Below, piece after piece: positions 1-9,409 of a stretch of 64,000 nucleotides of DNA. The stretch comes from Bdellovibrionales bacterium (lineage in GTDB: Bacteria; Bdellovibrionota; Bdellovibrionia; Bdellovibrionales; UBA1609). The position numbers and the translations under genes are program-made. Numbering within the stretch: the first letter of the stretch is position 1; each line of letters opens with the position of its first letter. Below the pieces are notes generated by a model. The model was not told the DNA's origin and did not search any database. It was given only the letters and a program-made list of their open reading frames with translations. Location of the stretch: contig CBDETO010000005.1 of the NCBI GenBank assembly GCA_965243065.1, forward strand, positions 987,520 through 1,051,519. The letters are read 5' to 3'.

Positions 1-2175
1 GGAGAGTTCACCCCCGATGAGTTGAGAAAATTTATTCATGATCTATTTTTACAGGATAGGGTTATAAATGATACGTTTTTAACTCAGCTGATGCGATTGA
101 AGCAGGTTATTATTGGAGGGCCTGTGGATAAATTGACCATAGAGGATATTGAACGATTTATTGTTTTTGTGGATATCTTGAATAAAGAAGCTCTTTTTTT
201 TCAACCTTATATTCAAATATTGAATGTTACAGGTTCCGAGCAGGTAGGATTGGATACGAGCCATTTAAACGGAACAATTGAACAGCAATTTGCAGATTCA
301 TTAAACCGCATCTCGAGTTTTATCAAACAGTTTTCACATCCTTATCTTCTTTCGGATTTAAAGATACTTGTTCAGGAATTAGATTTCTTTTTTGACCATG
401 AATACGATATATCCAATGTCAATGAAAAAATCAGCTTACTAGGCATCTTAAAACAATTTTCTGTAGGTGGTGAGGATACAGTTATTCAGCCAACCGAATG
501 GGAAGATTTTTTATTAGGACATTCTTATTTAGTTTCTGTCGGTATCAATTATCTGATCTTAAAAAGACAGGGTAACTTTATTTCCACTCAAGGGATCCGT
601 TACATATCTCTGATTCTGCAAGATGTGTTGGATTTTTTATCTCTCGCAGTAAAAAATCGTCCCCAGCATGTAGTGAGCGAGTCTGATTTTTTTAAAGTCA
701 CTTCTTATTTACAGGATACAGGAATATTACCTAAAAATTTTGAAAAGCAGGCTGTACAAAATTTATTACTGATTATCTTTGGAAAAGTGTTTAATGTGGA
801 AAAAGATAGGTATGGAGTGATTGAATTAACATTTCCTCAATTGGATAAAGTGCATAAAGTCATACAGCCTTGGAGAGGAATACAGGATTTTTTAGATCAT
901 ATATCCCATGAAAACATTTTTGAGAAAAACAAGATGCTTCCTTTACCCATATCCTCTTCTTTTTTTTCAGGAAGAGATACCTTTTTAAAGGGGCAGAACA
1001 TGATGAATCAAATACTTTTGCTGAAGCCTCTTTACGGATCTGGAAGAAAAATCAATTTATCGAGGGAAATTTATAGCACAAGGAATATCTTGAAAAAGGC
1101 TCCTGACTATAAAAACCTAACTTTATACAACTTTTATTATCTGATAGCTACTATGATGAGAGAGGGATATGAAAAGGGATACCCTGGAAGTACAGGTATG
1201 ACTCAAAAGGAACTGAGGAGTTTCTTTCAGGATTTTAATATTATTGCTGAAAATATGGGATGGTTCCAAGAAACAGAAAATAGGGCTTTAAACGCTGGGG
1301 AGGCGGAGTTTATAGCAGCTAATATATTAACACCTTCCGCCAAGGGGTTTGGTAAGTGGAATCAAGAGGAGTATCTGACATCAAGTGAAATTGCTGAATA
1401 TCTGTCCTATGCTATTTCTATTGGGTTTTCTCTCTCCGAATTGGAGACGGTTATTTTAAAAAAATGTGGATCCGCCGATCATCATATAGAACCATCTAAG
1501 CACCTTCTTCGCATAGATCATAAATATGATGTTGATTGTGTTCGATTGCATTTAATTCCTGAGTTGGTAAAGCAAGCGAAGAACATGCCTGATTTTCAAA
1601 AAGTGTTATCAAAGATGGATAAAGAACAAAAAAAAGGACTTACAGAAGCCCTTATCAACATCGCCTTTGAGACAGAAGAAGAATATCAACAAGTGTCTTA
1701 TCTGACACAAGGTCATTTGAAAAATATACTTATGGCTGTTTATTTTGTGGAAACCACCATCAATCGCTATGACTTAAATGGAGATTTGATTTTGGACAAC
1801 GATGAGATATGGGCTGCTTACCCTAATTTTAGCGGCTATTTATCCCATGTATTGATTTATTTAATTTGCCACCCCACGGATGATTGGGCGGCGGCCATGT
1901 ATGCTTATGTTATAAAGAATCATCGGTTACCTATGAATGATACTTTGGTATGGCATAAACGGGTGGCGGCGGCTATGCAATTAATTACACATACGGCTCT
2001 CCGTGATTTTAATATAAATTGGTGGGATCTGTATCTGGACCATGAAAAGCTGACGCAGGTGTTTTCCACTCTAGTGAAGGGTTTTATGGCTAAGAGGAGA
2101 GAAAAAAGAAAAAATGAGGAAACATGTAATACAGAACTTTTGAGAACTCTTAGAGATGATGCTTCCTATCCCTAA
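1..2175 (+). CDS. hypothetical protein, 5' partial (frame open to window edge)
   Basis: Track ORF 22..2175 (717 aa). Nt 1-21 are in the same frame with no stop, so the true start is probably upstream of the window. No motif recognised. Confidence 0.5.
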   Translation, partial: GEFTPDELRKFIHDLFLQDRVINDTFLTQLMRLKQVIIGGPVDKLTIEDIERFIVFVDILNKEALFFQPYIQILNVTGSEQVGLDTSHLNGTIEQQFADSLNRISSFIKQFSHPYLLSDLKILVQELDFFFDHEYDISNVNEKISLLGILKQFSVGGEDTVIQPTEWEDFLLGHSYLVSVGINYLILKRQGNFISTQGIRYISLILQDVLDFLSLAVKNRPQHVVSESDFFKVTSYLQDTGILPKNFEKQAVQNLLLIIFGKVFNVEKDRYGVIELTFPQLDKVHKVIQPWRGIQDFLDHISHENIFEKNKMLPLPISSSFFSGRDTFLKGQNMMNQILLLKPLYGSGRKINLSREIYSTRNILKKAPDYKNLTLYNFYYLIATMMREGYEKGYPGSTGMTQKELRSFFQDFNIIAENMGWFQETENRALNAGEAEFIAANILTPSAKGFGKWNQEEYLTSSEIAEYLSYAISIGFSLSELETVILKKCGSADHHIEPSKHLLRIDHKYDVDCVRLHLIPELVKQAKNMPDFQKVLSKMDKEQKKGLTEALINIAFETEEEYQQVSYLTQGHLKNILMAVYFVETTINRYDLNGDLILDNDEIWAAYPNFSGYLSHVLIYLICHPTDDWAAAMYAYVIKNHRLPMNDTLVWHKRVAAAMQLITHTALRDFNINWWDLYLDHEKLTQVFSTLVKGFMAKRREKRKNEETCNTELLRTLRDDASYP

Positions 2176-3442
2176 TATCAGAAGCTATCACATCATGTCC
2201 CAGCCAGCAGACAGCCTGTTTTGTTTGGTTTATTTCCTGAAGTATGAGATTACCACAACTATTGAATAAGGTTTCACTTAAAAAAGGAGTGATGCTTTGG
2301 GAAGTGTCTTTATGAAGGCCAGACAGTTTTTTTGAGATATTAATCATTGTTTCCATCTGTGCGGCACTGTTGTGTTGGGGCCATTTTTCAAATACGGATT
2401 GCTTTTTTACTTCTTCCGATTCAAAATAATTTTTAGTTGTTTCCATAATAATATGAAGGGCGTTTTCTGTCATTTGTTTTAAACAATGAGATACTATTTT
2501 TTCTTCTCCTCCATCTTTTTTTAAAGCACCTAAAATAGTGTAAAGAGGAATTTCCACCCCTGGAAAGACGGCACTAGACTTGGTCAATATTTCAGGAACA
2601 TTAAAAACACAGGTGTTTATGCCCTCACTGGCAAAGTCAGCAGAAATGTTTTCCAACTCCATCTTAGCAAAGCCTTGTAGATAAGGTGAATAAGTTTGCC
2701 ATTGATACCGGCCCCCTATGAGCACTTCGGTTCCGTGATAACTATAGGCGGTGTAAAAAATTTGTCGCCCTTGTTTATTTAATTTCTCTCTTAAAGGAGT
2801 GCTTAGTTCCATTAAATGCTTATAAGTTTGAGCGGTTACTTCATTAAAATTATTTTCGCAAAGCCATCCCAGGTCTGATTTCCAAAAAATTTCGGAAGAA
2901 AAAAATCTTTTCCCTACTCCTTTAAGGACACGATTGAGTATAGGAAGTAAAATTTTCGTTCTAGGCACTCCTCCAGCCATAGTATGAGCGATCAATACAT
3001 TACCTTTATCCGGCAATAGGGCTGTTAGCTCTTTTAACCATTGTTTTGTTCGGTTTTGAAAAAAAAGTATATATCTTTTTTTAGAATCTTCTATTATATT
3101 TTTATCCAATGAAGCTTGATCCCATTGACTTAACTTAATTTCCTGGCAGAGATCAATAGGTCGCTGACCAGAGTGAGAAGGCTCCATATCAAAGCCTGCT
3201 TCTAAAGGTACGTTAATCAGAGGGGTTGGTTGAAATTCCCGTTCCTGAGTATTGAGTGGCCTTAGCTTTCCATCTGAATCGCGTCGTCCTACAGTAGAAT
3301 AAATTACTTTCATTCCTTTGGATTGAGCGGAGCGAATCAAGCCACTGACATATCCCCCAGGGAAAATTTCTCCAAAGATAACAAGGGTATCTGTTTCTTT
3401 AAAATGGATTTTTTTAATTTCTCTTACCGCTTTTAATTGCAT
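2150..3442 (-). CDS. FabV / trans-2-enoyl-CoA-reductase-like protein (divergent, function uncertain)
   Basis: 430-aa ORF. The C-terminal half has AYSYHGTE ... GFAKMELE ... LTKSSAVFPGVEIPLY, resembling the Tyr/Lys catalytic block and the T(R/K)ASAVIPxxPLY block recalled from FabV/TER enzymes. The N-terminal half is not canonical. Confidence 0.35.
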   Translation of the reverse strand: MQLKAVREIKKIHFKETDTLVIFGEIFPGGYVSGLIRSAQSKGMKVIYSTVGRRDSDGKLRPLNTQEREFQPTPLINVPLEAGFDMEPSHSGQRPIDLCQEIKLSQWDQASLDKNIIEDSKKRYILFFQNRTKQWLKELTALLPDKGNVLIAHTMAGGVPRTKILLPILNRVLKGVGKRFFSSEIFWKSDLGWLCENNFNEVTAQTYKHLMELSTPLREKLNKQGRQIFYTAYSYHGTEVLIGGRYQWQTYSPYLQGFAKMELENISADFASEGINTCVFNVPEILTKSSAVFPGVEIPLYTILGALKKDGGEEKIVSHCLKQMTENALHIIMETTKNYFESEEVKKQSVFEKWPQHNSAAQMETMINISKKLSGLHKDTSQSITPFLSETLFNSCGNLILQEINQTKQAVCWLGHDVIASDIRDRKHHL

Positions 3443-3462
3443 AAATTTCCTTTCAGGGTTTT

Positions 3463-4587
3463 TTACAATATCTTTTTGGTGACCATGCGGGGATCAAAAA
3501 ATTGTAGGCCCAAAGTCAGGCTCTTTAAGCCTCTTTTTAGATCATCTGTAGAGATAGCCCCTAAATGCCCCACTCTTATAATACGGCCTTTTAATTTGCC
3601 CTGGCCTCCTCCCAACATAACTTGATATTTTTCCTCAATGTGTTTTTTTAATTTTACTCCATCAATATGTGATGGTAAAGCGATGCTGGTTACTGAGGGA
3701 GAAGGAGGGTTTGCGAAAATATTTAAGTGTAAGGATTGGCAAAATAGGTAGGTCATTTTAGAGAGCTGTTCACTTTTCTGAATCATCTTTTTTAAGCCGT
3801 TTGTTTCTTCCAAGGGCAAAAGAAAAGCATGTAGCGCACGAATAAAACTGACATTAGTGCTAAACGCTGTTTGTCCTTTCGTTTGTATTTTTTCCTTTTT
3901 AAGATCCAGATAATATACAGGAAAACGGGAAGATTCATTAAACTTCCAGGCTTTCTGGGAAAGAGCAATAAAAGACATTCCCGCTGGAAGACAGAAAGAT
4001 TTTTGAGAACCTCCTATCATTACATCCAGGCCCCATTCATCCATTTTAATATCTACAGCTCCTAAAGCGGATATAGCATCCACAATGAGCAGTATATCTG
4101 GATTATCTCGGGTAAGAGCGGCGAGTTCCTTTATAGGATGTAATACTCCTGTGCTAGTTTCACAAGCTTGTACCAAAATGGCTTTAATTTGAGGGTTTTT
4201 ATCTATTAAGCTGCGGATTTTTTCCGAAAGCACTGTTTGTCCCCAAGGGGCTTCCCATTTTAGTAATTGCAGGCCGTAAGCCGTTGCCATTTCTGCCCAG
4301 CGTTCGCCAAATTTTCCAGCAGATATGGCTAGGACTGTATCTTTAGGAGAAAGAGTGTTTAACAAAGAGGAAGCCATAGCCCCTGTTCCTGAGCTATTTA
4401 AAATAAAAACCTCCTGGTCCGTTTGAAATATTTTTTTTAGTAGGGTTTTTGTGTGTTTGAAAATGCCCTCAAATTCCGAACAACGATGATGAATCATAGG
4501 CTTTGAAAGGCTGTATAGTATGGCTTCGGGGATAGGAACAGGGCCAGGAGTGAGCAAAAGGGGTTTTAGATCGTGGTTTTTCTTCAT
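3463..4587 (-). CDS. class V (serine-pyruvate / alanine-glyoxylate type) PLP-dependent aminotransferase
   Basis: 374 aa. LLTPGPVPIP N-terminus, SGTGAMAS, and GGSQKSF (PLP-lysine context) are typical of aminotransferase class V. Confidence 0.85.
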   Translation of the reverse strand: MKKNHDLKPLLLTPGPVPIPEAILYSLSKPMIHHRCSEFEGIFKHTKTLLKKIFQTDQEVFILNSSGTGAMASSLLNTLSPKDTVLAISAGKFGERWAEMATAYGLQLLKWEAPWGQTVLSEKIRSLIDKNPQIKAILVQACETSTGVLHPIKELAALTRDNPDILLIVDAISALGAVDIKMDEWGLDVMIGGSQKSFCLPAGMSFIALSQKAWKFNESSRFPVYYLDLKKEKIQTKGQTAFSTNVSFIRALHAFLLPLEETNGLKKMIQKSEQLSKMTYLFCQSLHLNIFANPPSPSVTSIALPSHIDGVKLKKHIEEKYQVMLGGGQGKLKGRIIRVGHLGAISTDDLKRGLKSLTLGLQFFDPRMVTKKIL

Positions 4588-4680
4588 ATTTTAACTTTCT
4601 TTATTGCACCGCTCTTATTCGATCTTTTGATTATATACCAGTCTAGTTTGGATTTTCCGGTCGTCTCTTTTTTCTTCCAA

Positions 4681-4742
4681 GGGCAAAGGGAGTTCGCAAA
4701 TCTGTCCCTGTGGAAACGGGGATTTCTGACCGGTTCGGTATA
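4681..4742. repeat. composite palindromic repeat (distant family member)
   Basis: GGGAGTTCGCAAATCTGTCCCTGTGGAAACGGGGATTTCTGACCGGTTCGGTATA. Shares GAATCCCC/GGGGATTC and the CCGGTTCGGTATA terminus with 21177, 47890 and 55441. Confidence 0.45.
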
Positions 4743-4870
4743 AATTTATAATATAATTTTTTTGTTTATTTTCTTATTACTTTCGTTGATAATAGTTCAT
4801 AAAATAAGGAAGTTCAACCCGTAACAGTATAAACTGCATACCATAAGGGTATAACAACAGAATTTTTAAA

Positions 4871-5869
4871 ATGTCTTTAACTTTACATGATTTAGCAAAT
4901 AGATTTTCTAAAAAACCGATTTCTCCCTTTTATTTTATTATGGGGCCAGAAGTGTTCTTAATTAAAGAAAGTTTGTGTAAAATTCAATCTCATATATTGT
5001 CTCCAGAAGCCCTTGATTTTAACTACGAAGTGTTTTGTGCCGGTGAAGTGGAAATGGAAAGAGTGTGTGAAGCGGTGGAAACTTTACCCGTATTGTCCAC
5101 AAAGAGAGTGGTTGTTTGTGAAGAGGCTCATCGTCTAAAAGAGTCCGATTGGAAAATTCTAAAACCTATTATGAATAATCCGGTAGAAACCTGTGTACTG
5201 GTGTTTGTTTCTTCCCACCCGGATAAAAGAAAAAAGGTGATAAAAGAACTGCTCACTTTTTGTGAAGTTATATTGGCGAGTGCTCCGAAGGATGCGCAGT
5301 GGCCTATGTGGCTTAAATGGATGGGAGAAAAAGAAGGATTGTCTTTTTCTGATTCTGCTGTGGCTCTTATAAGGGAGTATGCCTGTTACGATCTTTTGCA
5401 TTTAGAAACAGAAGTAAAAAAGTTGAAGAGTTTTTTAGGGCCTAAAAAAAATATTTCAGCGGAGGATATTTTAAATGTGCTACCCCGTGTTCGGCCTGAA
5501 AATATTTTTGATCTATCAAAGGCTATCGGACAAAAAAATTTATCTTCCGCCTTAGTGTGTCTGGCTCGTCTTTTGGAGGATAATCACAATGAAGTGAGTG
5601 TATTATCTTTGATTAGTCGTCATATTCGTATTTTAGCTCGTGTAAAAGAAGGGGTAAAAAAGGGCCATACAGAACAAACCCTGTGTAATAAAACAGGAGT
5701 GCCCAGATTTTTTATCCGTGATTATATACGAGAATCAGATTTATGGACAAATCAAAAGCTGTTTTCCACTATAGAGATATTAAAAGCTACAGATAAAGCC
5801 CTTAAATCCTCGCCTTTATCCGCCCATATATGGCTGGAAAATTTTATTATAAAAACCTGTTCCGTTTAA
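4871..5869 (+). CDS. holA: DNA polymerase III delta subunit
   Basis: 332 aa. N-terminal PFYFIMGPEVFLIKE and the overall length and architecture are typical of HolA. Confidence 0.75.
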   Translation: MSLTLHDLANRFSKKPISPFYFIMGPEVFLIKESLCKIQSHILSPEALDFNYEVFCAGEVEMERVCEAVETLPVLSTKRVVVCEEAHRLKESDWKILKPIMNNPVETCVLVFVSSHPDKRKKVIKELLTFCEVILASAPKDAQWPMWLKWMGEKEGLSFSDSAVALIREYACYDLLHLETEVKKLKSFLGPKKNISAEDILNVLPRVRPENIFDLSKAIGQKNLSSALVCLARLLEDNHNEVSVLSLISRHIRILARVKEGVKKGHTEQTLCNKTGVPRFFIRDYIRESDLWTNQKLFSTIEILKATDKALKSSPLSAHIWLENFIIKTCSV

Positions 5870-5893
5870 ATGGCACTGGAGATAGACTATGTA

Positions 5894-6502
5894 TTACCTG
5901 TTTATGCGGCGAGATTTTTGTTGCTGTTGCCGCCGTTTTTTTCTTTTTTTATCTGTTTTAGTTAAGATATGTTTTTTTTGCTTCTTGTTGTTAAGTGTTT
6001 TTTCTGTGGATAGTTTTTCAGGAGACTTTTTTTCCATCGCGCTTTTTTTTGCTGTATCTTTCTTTTGTTTATCTGCGGTGGGGGGGGGAGCTTCTTTTTT
6101 TTCTTTTGTAGATGGTTTTTGTGTTTTAGAAGTTACGAGAGCTTTATAATCCACAAATTCCAAATAAGCTACGGGGGCTTGGTCACCTGATCGGTACCCC
6201 AGTTTTATAATGCGCGTGTAACCTCCTGGACGAGTTTTAAAGCGAGGAGATAGAACATTAATAATTTTACCTACCGTTTTTTTATTGGGGTAGCGGGAAA
6301 AAAGCAGCCGGCGGGCATGTATATTGTTTTTCTTACCCATAGTCACGGCTTTTTCAACAAGAGGTTGCACACATTTTGCTTTAGCTAAAGTTGTTTTTAT
6401 TCTTTCTTTTTCTACCAAACTGCTTACCAAGCCTCTTAGGAGAGCCTTTCTAGGGCCTCTATGTCTTCCAAAAGAAGAACTTTTTTGTTTGTGATGTCTC
6501 AT
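5894..6502 (-). CDS. rplQ: 50S ribosomal protein L17 with Lys-rich C-terminal tail
   Basis: MRHHKQKSSSFGRHRGPRKALLRGL... is the canonical L17 N-terminus. It lies downstream of rpoA. About 80 extra Lys/Gln-rich residues follow. Confidence 0.92.
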   Translation of the reverse strand: MRHHKQKSSSFGRHRGPRKALLRGLVSSLVEKERIKTTLAKAKCVQPLVEKAVTMGKKNNIHARRLLFSRYPNKKTVGKIINVLSPRFKTRPGGYTRIIKLGYRSGDQAPVAYLEFVDYKALVTSKTQKPSTKEKKEAPPPTADKQKKDTAKKSAMEKKSPEKLSTEKTLNNKKQKKHILTKTDKKRKKRRQQQQKSRRINR

Positions 6503-6533
6503 TTGTGCTCCCTTTAACCTGGCTTTTTATTGT

Positions 6534-8066
6534 TTATTGCTTCTCTTCCGGTGAGGGGGTTTTATTATTTTCTTCCAACGAAGAGGGTTCCTTGTCCTGA
6601 TTTTCCATTTTTTCTTTTTTTAAATGAAAAGAGGATGCACCAGGTTGGTTTTCTTCTATTGAAGTGAGATTTTCAGTTGTCTTTTTTTCCATGTTATCTT
6701 TTGTAAGATTCATATCATTTTCTTTTAGAGAAGGAGATGGGTAGCTCATGGGTTTATTTATAGTAGGTGGGGTTTGTTTTTCTGTAGGTGGTATAGGCTC
6801 AGCAGGCGCAGATGGGGGGGGGGTAGAAGGTGTGTGTGTAGCAGCAGGCGCAGATGGGGGGGTAGAAGGTGTATGTGTAGCAGCAGGCGCAGATGGGGGG
6901 GGGGTAGGAGGTGTAGATACAGTGTAATGGGTTCTTTGTACAGGATGTGTTGGTCCTCCTGTTACAGTAGGGGAAGGAGTGATATTGGAAAAATGAAAGG
7001 GGGGAGCCGGATTTGTAGAGGTGTTTCCCGTGCTGTTTTGGCTTCTATAGGCTTCCATGTCTTTAGGTGGCCACCCTTCTACATCCATACCTAAGGAAAG
7101 TCCCATTTGTTTAATAATATCTTTAATTTCGTTAAGGGATTTTCTGCCAAAGTTTTTTGTTTTTAGCATTTCCTGTTCTGTTTTTGTGACAAGATCTCCA
7201 ATATAACGAATACGAGCATTTTTCAGGCAGTTGGCACTGCGGACAGATAGTTCTAAATCCTCCACTGGCCGGAATAAATTTTTGTTCACCTGAGGTGTGT
7301 CTTCTTTCACTGTCTTTTCTTCTGGTTCTATATCTTCATTGAAATTCATAAATACCTGAATTTGTTCTTTAAGAATTTTGTATCCCAGTGGTACCGCTTC
7401 TTTTGGAGTTAAGGATCCGTCTGTCCAAACCTGTAAGACCAAGGAATCATAGTCTGTTTTTTGACCGACACGGGCGTTAGTCACAGTGTAATTTACGCGT
7501 CGAATGGGAGAGTGAATGGAATCAATAGGAATAAATCCCAAGGGTAAATTACCTGATTGTTCAGAAGCTTCAATATAACCACGATTAAAGGTCACTATAA
7601 TTTCTGCATTAAACTCTGCGTTTTTTCCAAGAGTGGCGATAACCTGTTTGGGATTAATAACTTTAATACCACTGACCAGTTCAATATCATTAGCTGTTAC
7701 CAGACCGGGGCCTTTTTTACTAATTTTTAATCTTTTTTGATCCGCATCTTCTTGTTGAAAACGTACTTGTTTTAAGTTCAGTGTAATGTCGGTAATATCT
7801 TCTAAAACATCAGGGATGGTAGTGAACTCATGTAATACATTTTCAAATTTTACCGCGGAAACAGCAGAACCCATCATAGAACTAAGTAAGATCCGACGAA
7901 TGGCATTACCTAAAGTTAAGCCATAACCTCTCTCCAAAGGACGAATAGTAAATTTTCCATAAATGGAAGTCAGGCTGTCTTTGTCTATCTCAAAACCTTT
8001 TGGTTTTATAAGATTTTTCCAATATTGATAATAATGTGGTTTAATATCTATTTTTTCCATTTCCAT
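6534..8066 (-). CDS. rpoA: DNA-directed RNA polymerase alpha subunit with ~170-aa Pro-rich C-terminal extension
   Basis: 510 aa. N-terminal domain ([22 protein letters not shown]) and alpha-CTD ([23 protein letters not shown]) are both present. The tail contains [14 protein letters not shown] repeats. Confidence 0.95.
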   Translation of the reverse strand: MEMEKIDIKPHYYQYWKNLIKPKGFEIDKDSLTSIYGKFTIRPLERGYGLTLGNAIRRILLSSMMGSAVSAVKFENVLHEFTTIPDVLEDITDITLNLKQVRFQQEDADQKRLKISKKGPGLVTANDIELVSGIKVINPKQVIATLGKNAEFNAEIIVTFNRGYIEASEQSGNLPLGFIPIDSIHSPIRRVNYTVTNARVGQKTDYDSLVLQVWTDGSLTPKEAVPLGYKILKEQIQVFMNFNEDIEPEEKTVKEDTPQVNKNLFRPVEDLELSVRSANCLKNARIRYIGDLVTKTEQEMLKTKNFGRKSLNEIKDIIKQMGLSLGMDVEGWPPKDMEAYRSQNSTGNTSTNPAPPFHFSNITPSPTVTGGPTHPVQRTHYTVSTPPTPPPSAPAATHTPSTPPSAPAATHTPSTPPPSAPAEPIPPTEKQTPPTINKPMSYPSPSLKENDMNLTKDNMEKKTTENLTSIEENQPGASSFHLKKEKMENQDKEPSSLEENNKTPSPEEKQ

Positions 8067-8126
8067 CTCCTGTTTTATATATAAAATATTTTTTATTTAC
8101 TACGACTATTTTTCCTTATTCTTAAA

Positions 8127-8513
8127 TCAGACTCGTCTTCTTTTAGGAGGGCGGCAGCCATTGTGGGGAATAGGGGTAATGTCCCTGAGCGAGGTGATTT
8201 TCAAGCCAGCGGAGGCAAGAGTACGCACCGCCATTTCCCGTCCTGTACCAGGCCCTTTTAAAAATACATTAACTGTCTTAACACCACACTCTTGCGCTCT
8301 GCGAACAGCATCTTCTGCTACAGCTTGTGCTACAAAAGGAGTCCCTTTACGGGAACCTTTAAAGCCCAATACACCAGATGAGGACCAGCAAATCACTTGT
8401 CCACCAGGGTCAGTAAAGCTGACTTGTGTGTTGCCAAAACTAGCATAGATATAGCAATTTCCCTTTGGTATATTTTTTTTCTCTTTTTTCTTTTTTGGTT
8501 TTCGTACAGACAC
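8127..8513 (-). CDS. rpsK: 30S ribosomal protein S11
   Basis: 128 aa. [14 protein letters not shown] and [17 protein letters not shown] are canonical S11 motifs. Confidence 0.95.
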   Translation of the reverse strand: MSVRKPKKKKEKKNIPKGNCYIYASFGNTQVSFTDPGGQVICWSSSGVLGFKGSRKGTPFVAQAVAEDAVRRAQECGVKTVNVFLKGPGTGREMAVRTLASAGLKITSLRDITPIPHNGCRPPKRRRV

Positions 8514-8528
8514 AGTAACTCCTGAAAA

Positions 8529-8903
8529 TTAAATAGCTTTTTTCTTGTTGGCGACAGTTTTTCTAGGGCCTTTCCTCGTTCTGGCATTTTGTCTTGTACT
8601 TTGTCCTCGGACAGGCAATCCTTTTTTGTGGCGAAGGCCCCGATAGCAGGATAAATCCATAAGCCTTTTTATGGATAAACCAACTTCCCTCCGTAGGTCT
8701 CCTTCCACTTTACAGTCTTTTTCAATAATAGTTCTGAGTGTCGCTATATGTTCATCTTTTAAATCTTTCGTTCTCATGGAGTGGGGAAAGTTAGCTTTTT
8801 TACATATACTGCGGGCCCGTGTGCGTCCGATACCATAAATATAGGTCAGGGCTACTTCCACTCGTTTTTCTTTTGGCAAATCTACTCCGGCTATACGGGA
8901 CAT
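8529..8903 (-). CDS. rpsM: 30S ribosomal protein S13
   Basis: 124 aa. [26 protein letters not shown] is canonical S13. Confidence 0.95.
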   Translation of the reverse strand: MSRIAGVDLPKEKRVEVALTYIYGIGRTRARSICKKANFPHSMRTKDLKDEHIATLRTIIEKDCKVEGDLRREVGLSIKRLMDLSCYRGLRHKKGLPVRGQSTRQNARTRKGPRKTVANKKKAI

Positions 8904-8909
8904 ACTTTG

Positions 8910-9023
8910 CTATCCTTGTCTTTGTTTGTGTTTTGGGTTTTGACAAATAACCCGAAGATAATTTTTCCTTCGGATAAGACGACAATGCTTACAAATTTTT
9001 TTGACCGAGCTGCGTACTTTCAT
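8910..9023 (-). CDS. rpmJ: 50S ribosomal protein L36
   Basis: Not in the ORF track (below the length cutoff). My translation of the minus strand is [40 protein letters not shown] at 9023..9021 and TAG at 8912..8910. It is immediately upstream of rpsM, as in most bacteria. Confidence 0.9.
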   Translation of the reverse strand: MKVRSSVKKICKHCRLIRRKNYLRVICQNPKHKQRQG

Positions 9024-9409
9024 ATTTTTATTTACCTTTAAAATGTTTCATTGTTTAATAAGCTGCACTTGGTTTTTCCCTCATCATCTTCTTTTTCTCG
9101 AAAATATATAAATGCGAAAAGGAAAAAGCCCCTACAGAACCTTATTTTGAATTTATGTGCTTTATTACATAACTGAACCAGAGAGGCTATCATTGATTTT
9201 TTTTAATGTCTATAATTTTACAGGAAAAATTTCCTTTGGAGGGTTTTCCTTAAAAAAAGCTTTAGTATGCGTAGCATTATTGTTTTTATTAAAAAAAACA
9301 CAATATTTTCAATACTTTACATTTTTGTGCTTTAGAAATTTGAAACCGCTGATTCTTTAGATAAAATAGCCCATACGATTGAAGAGGCCACTTTTTTAGC
9401 GCGACTCAC

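Noticed and set aside
5889-6149. + strand ORFs antisense to ribosomal and RNA polymerase genes (5889..6149, 6774..7094, 8161..8448, 8781..9041)
   Set aside because: They overlap highly conserved genes on the opposite strand. Their Cys/Phe/Arg/Gly-rich translations are typical of antisense low-complexity DNA.
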